The notes under the pieces were generated by a model. The model did no database searches and was not told the DNA's origin. It saw only the letters and a list, made by a program, of their open reading frames with translations. A stretch of DNA of 63,886 nucleotides, counting the filler, from Octopus bimaculoides (lineage: Eukaryota): the NCBI RefSeq assembly GCF_001194135.2. It is 6 parts of 5 records of this genome, joined end to end, with 100 filler letters (N's around TTAATTAATTAA, not from the genome) between each part and the next. Parts side by side here need not be neighbours in the genome. Positions count along the whole stretch, not along the records: positions 26,566 to 43,666 come from NW_026398593.1; positions 43,767 to 54,706 come from NC_068983.1; 4 more parts are not named here. The stretch is one strand, 5' to 3'. The translations under genes and the position numbers were made by a program. How positions within the stretch are numbered: the stretch's first letter is position 1; every line of letters begins with the position of its first letter. This document shows, one piece after another, positions 40,739 to 51,377 of this stretch.

Positions 40739-41180
40739 TGTGTGTATGTATGTATGCATAGAATAGAGTACTACACATTATGGAGTGGGAGAATATTGCT
40801 TCTCAAAGGAACTTAGCTCGTTAGAGACCGACATAAATGTGCTTGTATCTGTTTGTGTTTGTGTGAGTGCGTGTGTGTGTCAGAGATAGAGAGAGAGAGA
40901 GAGAGAGATTAAGAGTAATGTACCCATAATTACGAGTGTAAATTAAGACTGAAATAAAGAGACACTATATGGAATACCACAATATTGGCATTTATATTTG
41001 ACTGGTAACCAGATATCGGCAACGATAGAAATAAATAAGGATGTATTATACATAGAAATTTCAAAATAGAGGATGAAAATGCCATTAGCTTGGGATTTGC
41101 ATTATTATGGATGCCGTTATATCGAAAGTTTACTGTGTATAGAAAGATATAAAAACCGGAAAGTGTGGCTTCGTATTTAC

Positions 41181-41270
41181 CTGTATTTTGTACACCGTTT
41201 GAACCAACACCAGCCTCTTCGGGATCCTTGGTAGGACATACGTTTATAACATGTCTCTGAACATACTATC
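41181..41270 (-). CDS. EMI domain exon 1 (phase 2 to 2)
   Basis: Acceptor ttttttccag| and donor AG|gtaaat. IVCSETCYKRMSYQGSRRGWCWFKRCTKYR shows EMI-type Cys spacing and the CxxYR motif. Confidence 0.88.
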
Positions 41271-42154
41271 CTGGAAAAAAAGAAAGGAATATATGTGTGT
41301 GTGTATATATATATATATATGTATGTATGTGTGTGTGTGTGTGTGTGTATAGAGAGAGAGAAAGAGAGGTATATAGATAGATATACATGCACACATGCAT
41401 ACATGCATATATCGTAGCCATACTAGAAAGCGGGCGGTAAAAGCCCTGCAAACCTGGTCTGACATTTCCAACTGCCTGATAAGTATCAAGTGTATCTCCC
41501 AGATATGCAAACGTAGACATGAAGGAATTGCACCGGGTTACCCAGGCTTTATCTAAATAGGGTTTTCTGTATATATGTATATGTATGTATATATGTGTAT
41601 ATATATATGTATATATGTGTGTGTGTATATATATATGTTCTCTTTAACTCTTTTACTTGTTTCAGTCATTTGACTGTGGCCATGCTGGAACACCGCCTTT
41701 AGTTGAATCAAATCGACCCCAGGACTTATTCTTTGTAAGCCTAGTACTTGTTCTATTGGTCTCTTTTGTCGAACCACTAAATTACGAGGACGTAAACATA
41801 CCACCACCTGTGTGTTTGGGGGGACAAACACAGACACACAAACATATATGCACAAACACACACACACACATACATATACATATATACGATGGGTTTCTTT
41901 CAGTTTCCGTCTACCAAATCCACTCAGAAGGCTTTGGTCGGCCCAAGGCTATAGTAGAAGACACTTGCCCAAGGTGCCACGCAGTGGGAACGAAGCCGGA
42001 ACCATGTGGTTGGTAAGCAAGCTACTTACCGCACAGCCACTCCTGCGCCTATATGTAGATATGTATATATATATATATGTGTGTGTATATATATGTGTGT
42101 ATATGTATGTAGAGGAATGGTCACTAAAAAGGTGTTTGACTGACAGTGTGAAGA

Positions 42155-42186
<32 letters not shown>

Positions 42187-42725
42187 ATGTATGTATGTGT
42201 GTGCGTGTATGTATATGTTGTATGTGCGTTTGCGTGTGGTGTGTGTGCATGCGTGTGTATGTGTGTGCGTGTGGGTGCTGTATGTGTGCACATGTATGTG
42301 CATGTGTGTATGTGCGTGTGTGTGTGTGAGCGTGCGTGTGCGTGTGTGTTGTGTGTGTGGGAGGTATTTGTGCGTGCATGTGTGTGTGTGTGTGTGCGTG
42401 CATGTGTGTATGTGTGCGTGGGTGTGTATATGTAGGTGTGTGTATGTAGGTGTGCGTGTAAAAATAAAGTAAAATATAATAACATAAGATTGATAAAAAA
42501 TAGGGAGAAAACGGGGAAGGGTACAAGATAAAGAAATTAAATTAATGAATAAAAAATACAAAAAATAACAAATACAAAGATAAAAAAACAAAAATGAAAA
42601 ATAAAACTTAAAGGGATAAAAAAAATCAAGTAATACAATTTAAAAAAAAATTATCAAAAATTTATACAATTAAAAGATTAAAATATTTTTTAAATTAAAA
42701 CATACGACGGAAAATATATTCTGCT

Positions 42726-42779
<54 letters not shown>

Positions 42780-42963
42780 TTTGGATTAACTCTCTCTCTC
42801 TCTATATATATGTATGTATGTATGTATAGGTGAGTCCAAATACTTAAATGAACGTTGGAATATTGTCTTAACCTGATTTGTCTTGGGTTGATGTTTGTAG
42901 TTATCAGCGTATTTTGGGCGATTTAAATAAGTTTTGACTGTTATTTCCAGCAGGTAGACATAC

Positions 42964-43001
42964 CTAGTATGCCCTTTAATTAATTTAAATCCTTCAGCTA
43001 T
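42964..43001 (-). CDS. Probable linker / signal-peptide-end exon of the EMI-EGF gene
   Basis: Donor AG|gtatgt (phase 2) fits the EMI exon start. Reads IAEGFKLIKGHTR from the cattag| acceptor; an alternative acceptor gatag| lies 4 nt further in. AEG/F resembles a signal peptidase site. Acceptor is weak. Confidence 0.45.
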
Positions 43002-43232
43002 CTAATGCTATGGAGAGGGGCTGCAATAATGTATATTTTGATTCTATTATTATAATTTTTGTTAAATAGATTGGATAATAACAGAATTAATGATATCTTC
43101 GTAAATTATTTTTTCGTGAATAATTTGCTCTTGTATCAATATATATATATATCATTTCAATAATAATATGGAATGTCGCTTGATCGCGTACGTATTTAAT
43201 CCTAACACACTCTCAAATTTATATTTCGAAAT

Positions 43233-43300
43233 GTTGCACTGAAGATGAGAAATAAGTAAGTAAATATAACTTTACTTTAATCTCGAAACGCGTCTGTAGC
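43233..43300 (+). ncRNA. Type I hammerhead ribozyme motif (GUC triplet)
   Basis: 6-bp stem I GUUGCA/UGUAGC, core CUGAAGA, stem II GAGA/UCUC with extended AGUAA/UUACU pairing, GAAAC-GC-GUC (palindrome ACGCGU). Predicted cleavage after 43294. Confidence 0.82.
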
Positions 43301-43478
43301 TAATCTGAGTCTTGTGGATTCGTTACTGTCTCGGAGATCTTTATGGTAGTAGGAAAGGCATTTAGTGTCTATTTTCTAATTCAGTGCGCAGCGAAGCAAT
43401 TAGCTGACCCTTGATTATAATTATGTATATAATTATAGAATATTTGTGTGTGTATATATATATATATATATACTTTAT

Positions 43479-43625
43479 TTAAAAGCAGCAGAAATATAAC
43501 AAAAAAACCGTTACTCTGAGTTTCACGTTCCCGTTCATCGGACAGTTTTGTTAGAAAACTGTCCGATGAACGGGAACGTGAAACTCAGAGTAACGTTTTT
43601 TTTGTTATATTTCTGCTGCTTTTAA
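43479..43625. repeat. Near-perfect 147-bp palindrome (about 71-bp arms, 5-nt loop)
   Basis: ttaaaagcagcagaaatataac...catcggacagtttt-gttag-aaaactgtccgatg...gttatatttctgctgcttttaa. Confidence 0.95.
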
Positions 43626-43935
43626 CCCTTTCGTTACCATATTTCTAACCAAATTACACCCCTTATNNNNNNNNNNNNNNNNNNNNNNNNNNNNNNNNNN
43701 NNNNNNNNNNTTAATTAATTAANNNNNNNNNNNNNNNNNNNNNNNNNNNNNNNNNNNNNNNNNNNNTATATATATATATATTTGTTTGCATGTATGTGTG
43801 TATGTGTATGTATGTTTGCATGTGTGTGTGTATGTGTGTGTGTATGTATGTATGTTTGCATGTGTGTATGTATTTTTGCATGCACGTAGGTATGTGTGCA
43901 TGTATGTATGTACGTATGTATGCATGCATGTAACG

Positions 43936-43988
43936 TTATCTGATGAGATGGATTTATAAATATAAAATTATTGAAACGAACGTAATGA
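43936..43988 (+). ncRNA. Weak type I hammerhead motif (intact core, weak stems)
   Basis: UUAU-CUGAUGA-GAUG...UAUU-GAAAC-GAAC-GUA/AUGA. 4-bp stem I, wobble-rich stem II. Confidence 0.5.
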
Positions 43989-44130
43989 AGGATTTGAAAA
44001 ATCAATAGTTTGCTTTCTGGAATTATTTCAATTTTGTGGGGATCTTTTCCTGCGTTTTAGCTTCACTCCAAAGATATGCAACTTCATGCTTAAGTATGCA
44101 ATGTCGGAATATAGGAGTTTAGACATGGCT

Positions 44131-44513
44131 TGTGGAGGCGCAATAGCCCAGTGGTTAGGGCAGCGGACTCGCGGTCGTAGGATCGCGGTTTCGATTCCCA
44201 GACCGGGCGTTGTGAGTGTTTATTGAGCGAAAACACCTAAAACTCCACGAGGTTCCGGCAGGGGATGGTGGCGAACCCTGCTGTACTCTTTCACCACAAC
44301 TTTCTCTCACTCTTACTTCCTGTTTCTGTTGTACCTGTAATTCAAAGGGTCAGCCTTGTCACACTGTGTCACGCTGAATATCCCCGAGAACTACGTTAAG
44401 GGTGCATGTGTCTGTGGAGTGCTCAGCCACTTGCACGTTAGTTTCATGAGCAGGCTGTTCCGTTGATCGGATCAACTGGAACACTCATCGTCGTAAGCGA
44501 CGGAGTGCCAACA
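44131..44513 (+). mobile_element. tRNA-derived SINE family C
   Basis: Head GGCGCAATAGCCCAGTGGTTAGGGCAGCGGACTCGCGG...GGTTTCGATTCCC with A/B boxes. Second full copy at 45854-46226, 3' part at about 51495-51665. Confidence 0.88.
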
Positions 44514-44699
44514 CAGACATGGCTTAGATATGGAGCCCTAATTCTTGTGATAATGCGTCAGACATGTAAAGCACATCATAAGTTTTTACACATACATACA
44601 TACATGCATACATACATACATACATACATACATGCATCCATGTATATACAGTGTGCGCGCGCGCATGTACATAATTGTATGCTAGGTCGTCAGATGAAT

Positions 44700-45300
44700 T
44701 TATCCCCCCCCCATTTATTTTAATCCTTATTTTTCCATCCTCAATTTTAACAAATCAGTCAATAATATATTCTCCTTCATCGCTCACGACTTCTTGCCAA
44801 CGTTCCTCTTACATGTCAATGCCTTGACGATAGAAATCATCGGGTCTTAATTAGAAGAATTCATCGAACCAAGTTTTCAGTTCTATGTGGTTGCTCAACG
44901 AAACATCTCGCAGACTGTTGGAAAGCTACTGAAAAAACGTGATAATCTGAAAGCTCTATACCGGAAGAACACGGCAGGTGCGGTTGCAGCTTCCGCTCGA
45001 ACTCTGGAGATGCATTTTTAGTCAAATCGGTGACGTGGAGCAAGCGTTGTCATGTTGAAGGACCATTCTGTACCGCTGGTCGAATCATTTCAGCCGGATT
45101 GCTCATCGAGTGAAAGCGACAGGTGACAGTATCGTGAAAGCATCTCATTTGCTGGGCCAATTCCCGGATGGAATGGTACGGATCCTCGTAAATGAGCTGA
45201 TTCATTCGATCCTCATTCAACTGAATGGGTCATCAGGAACATGGTCATCAGTAACTTTGCCTTTTTATCTACACAGCACAAATGTCTCGAGCGGTTTTTG
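44700..45300 (-). mobile_element. Decayed mariner transposase fragment
   Basis: Minus strand shows decayed remnants of HDNARPH (LLHVTDLTK just downstream) and YSPDLAPSDYHLF (CSSGIELSDYHVF). Confidence 0.7.
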
Positions 45301-46868
45301 TCAGCTTTGGAGCCTTGACTGAAAGCGAACAGGTGTCAAAATGCACATTTGTTTCTACTTCGAACTTAAACACACCAACATCGCTTGTCAAGCGATGGTG
45401 GGGGGACAAACACATACACACACTCAAATACATACATATATACGACGGGCTTCTTTCAGTTTCCGTCTACCAAATCCACTCACAATGCTTTGGTCAGCCC
45501 GAGGCTATAGTAGAAGACACTTGCCCAAGGTGTCATGCAGTGGAACTGAACCCGGAACCATGTGGTAGGGAAGCAAGCTTCTTAACACACAGCTACTCCT
45601 GCGCCTATATTCATAATTCTTTACTATTATAGGCACAAATTCTGAAATTTAGAGGGGAGGGTTTTAGTCGACAACATCGACTCCAGTACTCAACCGGTAC
45701 TTAGTTTATCGACCCTGAAAAGATGAAAGACAAATCGACCTCGTAGGAATTTGAAGTTAGGACGGAAAGACGGACGAAATGCCGCTAAGAATTTTGTCCG
45801 ACGTGCTCGTGATTCTATCAGCTCTCTGACTTTGTCATATTAATAAATAATAATGTGGAGGCGCAATGGCCCAGTGGTTAGGGCAGTGGACTCGCGGTCA
45901 TAGGATAGCGGTTTCGATTCTCAGACCGGGCGTTGTGGGTGTTTATTGATCGAAAATACTTAAAGCTCCACGAGGCTCTGGCAGGGGGTGGTGGCGAACC
46001 CCGCTGTATTCTTTCACCACAACTTTCTCTCACTCTTTCTTCCTGTTTCTGTTGTACCTGTATTTCAAAGGGTCGGCTTTGTCACACTCTGTGTCACGCT
46101 GAATCTCCCCGAGGACTACGTTAAGGGTACACGTGTCTGTGGAGTGTTCAGCCACTTGCACGTTAATTTCACGAGCAGGCTTCGGATCAACTGGAACCCT
46201 CGTCGTCGTAACCGACGGAATGCCACGAAATAATAATAAAAAAGAAAAAAAGAAAAATAGAAGGCGGCGAGCTGGCAGAATCGTTAGCACATCTAGCGTC
46301 CATCTTTACGTTCTGAGTTCAAATGCCGCCGAGGTCGACTTTGCCTCTCATTCTTTCGGGGTCGATAAAATAAGTAGCAGTCTGTTATGTCTGAAGCTAC
46401 TTGCTATCCCACACCTTCGGAAGATCTCTGCACAACTGCTACTCGGCAGCTACTCCACTGTTAGTCGGCCGTCATTCCCCTACTCAACTCTCAGGCAATC
46501 CTACTCAACTCTCAGACTACCTCTATTTGTAAGTCTTGGTCGAGCCTACTTTATTCGCTTGGGGGCGTCGACACAACACAGTTGAACACTGGGGTCAATG
46601 AAATCGACTTAACTCCTCCCTCTAAAAAGTTGACCTTGTACCAAAATTTGAAGCCTATAAAAAGAAAAAAGATAGTCAGAAATATTTGGTTCATTTATTT
46701 ATTTATATACAAATATGAAAAGTTCTAAAATTTTCCTCGAGCAATGGAGATTAAATACGCCTTAAAGGTAAATGGTTTTGAGCAGGTATTTCTTCTCATT
46801 TCCTTCGGACAATTTTAAGATATTTTAAAATCTATATATAAAGAAACGATACCACCATAACTTTTGAC

Positions 46869-46904
<36 letters not shown>

Positions 46905-47271
46905 CNNNNNNNNNNNNNNNNNNNNNNNNNNNNNNNNNNNNNNNNNNNNNNNNNNNNNNNNNNNNNNNNNNNNNNNNNNNNNNNNNNNNNNNNNNNNNNN
47001 NNNNNNNNNNNNNNNNNNNNNNNNNNNNNNNNNNNNNNNNNNNNNNNNNNNNNNNNNNNNNNNNNNNNNNNNNNNNNNNNNNNNNNNNNNNNNNNNNNNN
47101 NNNNNNNNNNNNNNNNNNNNNNNNNNNNNNNNNNNNNNNNNNNNNNNNNNNNNNNNNNNNNNNNNNNNNNNNNNNNNNNNNNNNNNNNNNNNNNNNNNNN
47201 NNNNNNNNNNNNNNNNNNNNNNNNNNNNNNNNNNNNNNNNNNNNNNNNNNNNNNNNNNNNNNNNNNNNNNN

Positions 47272-47670
47272 ATATAGGTGCAGGAGTGGCTGTGTGATAA
47301 GATGCTTGCTTCACAGCGACTTGGTTCCGAGTTCAGTCCCACTGCATGGAAACTTCGGCAAGTGTTCTCCACTAAAGTCTGGGGCCGATCAAAGCTGTGA
47401 GGGAATTTGGTAGACGGAAACTGAAAGAAGCCCGTCGTGTATGTGTGTGTGTGTGTTTGTAAATCTGTGTGTGTGCCTGTGTTTGTTCCCCCACCATCGC
47501 TTGACGACCGATGTTGGTGTGTTTGAGTCCCCGGAATTTAGCGGTTCGGCAAAAGAGACCGATAATAGAATAAGTGCTAGGCATACAAAGAATAAGTCCT
47601 GGGGTCTATTTGTTCGACTAAAGGCGGTGCTCCAGCATGGCCGCAGTCAGCTGATTGAAACAAGTAAAAA
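47272..47670 (+). mobile_element. SINE family B (representative copy)
   Basis: GCAGGAGTGGCTGTGTG...GTTCAGTCCCACTG...GGTAGACGGAAACTGAAAGAAGCCCGTCG...GGCGGTGCTCCAGCATGGCCGCAGTC. Other copies at about 2545-2980, 32880-33138, 41640-42050, 45362-45608 (-) and 57148-57790, 57820-57983 (+). Confidence 0.88.
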
Positions 47671-48016
47671 AATATATGGGGTGACTCCAATGTCAGAACA
47701 TGAACTTTTAGAACGCAAGACCATATAATTGAAATACGGAACGATATAACATGTAGTGTGTACATTTTCCAGCTGTCTCTCATAAAAATGAAAGATTTAT
47801 CTTTAAAAAACCGGATTTGTTATTTACGTTCATTTATATATCTTAGGCATGCATTCCGTTTATGCAGGACAGCATAGTGGTTTGAAGAGAGGAGAGAGGA
47901 GACTTGCATGCATGAGCAGTTGCTGGCTTTCCACAAAATAAACCTGCCTAGGCTTGTACATTCAGATGCCGCTACATTGTCAGCCCTGATTGAGCGACGA
48001 CCTTGAACACTCACAG

Positions 48017-48047
<31 letters not shown>

Positions 48048-48049
48048 AT

Positions 48050-48480
48050 GTACGAGGACTGATCAAAAAGTATTGGAACAAGTGCTATAAAAAGAAAACT
48101 GTCATACAATACCTATCAATTCGGCAATTTGATTTCGTTTGAAGTTTCTCCCCTTCGAAAGTCACACACTTTAATCAGGGTCGTTTCCATGGATGAAAGC
48201 ATTCCTGGAACTCCTTTTTTGAAGGATAGTGAGCAGTTACCTCGTCGCAATTTCATGGCGTCTTAAAGTCTTGTTAGGTCTTCCACTGCGAAGACTGAAC
48301 CTTTGTCTCGGGGTCATAGCCTTAGACCCACGATTCGACACCTGTTATGACCGTTTCCAAAATGTTTTCATCTTCCTCATCACAGCTAAAACCCGATCTT
48401 TTTGAGACGACCATACTCTGCACACTTTACTTCCAAGCCCTGCTATAAACAACGGAAGTGATCAAGAATGTTAAAACTTA
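48050..48480 (-). mobile_element. Mariner-like remnant with TIR
   Basis: TACGAGGACTGATCAAAAAGT terminal motif and a decayed C-terminal transposase-like sequence. Confidence 0.55.
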
Positions 48481-48549
48481 AGTGTGCATGCGCAACAGAG
48501 GTCAAGGTCAATCTGCGCCAAGCAACTTCACTCTGGGTACTTTAGGTCC

Positions 48550-48618
48550 GTTACCACAGCAACAGCAACAGAAATTCTTTGAGGTAGATTTCCTACAGCC
48601 GGATGCTGCTATGGTAAC
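48550..48618. promoter_or_regulatory. Pair of inverted RFX X-box-like motifs
   Basis: GTTACCACAGCAAC (48550-48563) and GCTGCTATGGTAAC (48605-48618), each one mismatch from GTTACCATAGCAAC. An NRF1-like GCATGCGCA lies at about 48485-48493. Confidence 0.45.
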
Positions 48619-48625
48619 GTGTGTA

Positions 48626-48662
<37 letters not shown>

Positions 48663-49056
48663 NNNNNNNNNNNNNNNNNNNNNNNNNNNNNNNNNNNNNN
48701 NNNNNNNNNNNNNNNNNNNNNNNNNNNNNNNNNNNNNNNNNNNNNNNNNNNNNNNNNNNNNNNNNNNNNNNNNNNNNNNNNNNNNNNNNNNNNNNNNNNN
48801 NNNNNNNNNNNNNNNNNNNNNNNNNNNNNNNNNNNNNNNNNNNNNNNNNNNNNNNNNNNNNNNNNNNNNNNNNNNNNNNNNNNNNNNNNNNNNNNNNNNN
48901 NNNNNNNNNNNNNNNNNNNNNNNNNNNNNNNNNNNNNNNNNNNNNNNNNNNNNNNNNNNNNNNNNNNNNNNNNNNNNNNNNNNNNNNNNNNNNNNNNNNN
49001 NNNNNNNNNNNNNNNNNNNNNNNNNNNNNNNNNNNNNNNNNNNNNNNNNNATATAT

Positions 49057-49107
<51 letters not shown>

Positions 49108-49389
49108 CATACATACATACATACATACATACATACATACATACATACATTTATATACATACACATGTACGTACATAGATAAGTATTTACAAATATGTGT
49201 ACACAAATATATATATATGCATACATATACAGAGGTCCTCAAAAAGTGTATACACTTTAACAGCTGATTGCTCGCAAGCTGTTTAATGTTAAAATTTTGC
49301 CGGCGGCTGATTGGGTTGGGTCAAAAGCTGCTTTGACCCTGTGGACTCAATCAGCCAAGAATCTGGTTTGTCCAGGGTTTTTTTTTTTT

Positions 49390-49520
49390 AATGACCGGTT
49401 GCAGGTACCCGGTGATACTTGAGGGACGACCCCCCACCCCCACCCCCGCAAGTGTCAGCTGTGCCTGGAACCGGGTCACACTAAAAAGAACTGTCCCCAC
49501 GACCAAAGTAGGGTCCTGGA
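49390..49520 (+). mobile_element. LINE ORF1 CCHC zinc-knuckle fragment (Tx1/L1-like)
   Basis: VILEGRPP followed by frameshifted KCQLCLEPGHTKKNCP (CX2CX4HX4C). Confidence 0.6.
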
Positions 49521-49959
49521 ACAGTTGGTTTTTAATGTTTATTTTTCCATGCTTGAAATGAGGAGACGAAATTTCCCGAAGCAGATTTTCTACAGCCGGA
49601 TATCCTTCCTGCCGCCGGTCCTCATTTGTTTCTAGGCAACATAATATATTCCCATGACTGGATAAGTCCTCGTGGAACAATGGAAAGGGATGGCATCGCT
49701 TTATGAAATGACACTCGTTTATAATCACGCGAAATGAAAACGCGGACGTACTCAGGCACACGCGCACACACACAAACATACACACACACACATGCATATA
49801 CATATACCTACGTATATGTATATATGTGTGTGCGTGTATAATTCTCTGTCTCTCTCTCCCTAACCTCCCCTCTCTCTCTGTATATATGTGTGTGTGTGTG
49901 TGTTCAATTTCTCATGAGTCAGACACATATAAAATTATAAAGTGTGTATATTATTATTA

Positions 49960-49995
<36 letters not shown>

Positions 49996-49999
49996 GTCT

Positions 50000-50031
<32 letters not shown>

Positions 50032-51156
50032 TATATATATATAGTCTTATATATATNNNNNNNNNNNNNNNNNNNNNNNNNNNNNNNNNNNNNNNNNNNN
50101 NNNNNNNNNNNNNNNNNTATATATAATATATATATATATATATATATTACTCATGCCTCATGACAAACAACTTATTAGTGAATGATAATAAATTGGCTGT
50201 CATGAGACTATATACATACACATACATACATATGTGTATGTATGTATGTATGTATGTAAGTACGCGTACAAGCATAGACACAAATATATTCATAAACACA
50301 AAAACAAACATGCATACAGAGATTGTGATGAGAAACTTAAGCGTTGCCCAATTGAATATCATCCCCTGATCTTTATGTCCCCGAGGTGAATGAATCCCCT
50401 CAGTTGCAAGCCTTTGGCCTTGTCTCCTGTGGACAACTTATCCCTTCCTCCCAAGATTCACAGACGTTCGTAAAATGTTATGAGTACTGCTCTTCATCCT
50501 CCGTCTAATCCATTTAAAAATTCATAAAAATCCATTAAAAACCATGTAAAAATTTATTTAAAAAAAGGAGAAAAACATTCAGAGCCATGAGTGCATGGTT
50601 AAGAAACCCGCTTTTCAATCTTGTGGTTTCGGGTTCAGTTTCACTGCACGACACTTTGAGCAAGTGTTTTCTACGATAGCCCTGAATTAGCCAATACCCT
50701 GTGAGTGAATTTGGTAGACGTGAACTGGAAGAAGGCCGTTGTCTATACATATATGTGAGATATAGAGGTGGTCAATATAGGAAACAGGTTGTAATGTTCA
50801 AATGATTTGAAGATACACTTCGAAGTCTTTCACAAGATTTAAGTTCACAGGATAAAGAGTGGCTATAAGAAAAATCCAGGTGGGCTGACGTAGAGATAGT
50901 GACACAGATGAACACGATTAGGATTGATATATATAAATATAAATATACACGCGGAGTTATATTGGGATATATGTAGAGAGAAATAAAAATTGAAAATATT
51001 CAGAAGAAAAACACATATGTACTTACATATAGATAGTCATATATATTGACAAATAAATTTACGTGGAGTATAAAACGTACAGAAAACTGTGAAAATGTAT
51101 ATTTTTTTAAAACTCAACATCTGTTTCTGGGAGCTCGGAATTGCGTAATAAGTGTC

Positions 51157-51377
51157 ATGTTCATAATTAGCAGATGAAATTTGCAAAAAGCCATGGCATA
51201 GATATGCAACCAGTAGATGGACGCGTAGAAACATTGCAATAGTACCAGATTCCTTCGTCAGGAGTCAATCATCCCCTCCTAACGAAGGCAGCTGGTATTA
51301 CCGTAATGTTTACACGCAACCATCTAGCAATTGCAATCCATGACTTTTTGCACACTCCATCTACTAATTATGAACAT
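51157..51377. repeat. About 220-bp foldback hairpin with divergent hammerhead-core remnants
   Basis: 51157-51237 pairs with 51305-51377, and inner arms taccag/ctggta, ccttcgt/acgaagg and aggag/ctcct also pair. Cores: CTGACGA on minus 51255-51261, CTAACGA on plus 51279-51285. Confidence 0.85.

Noticed and set aside
44131-46226. tRNA gene candidates in SINE heads
   Set aside because: A/B boxes are present, but the heads continue into a shared about 380-bp SINE body and lack a complete cloverleaf.
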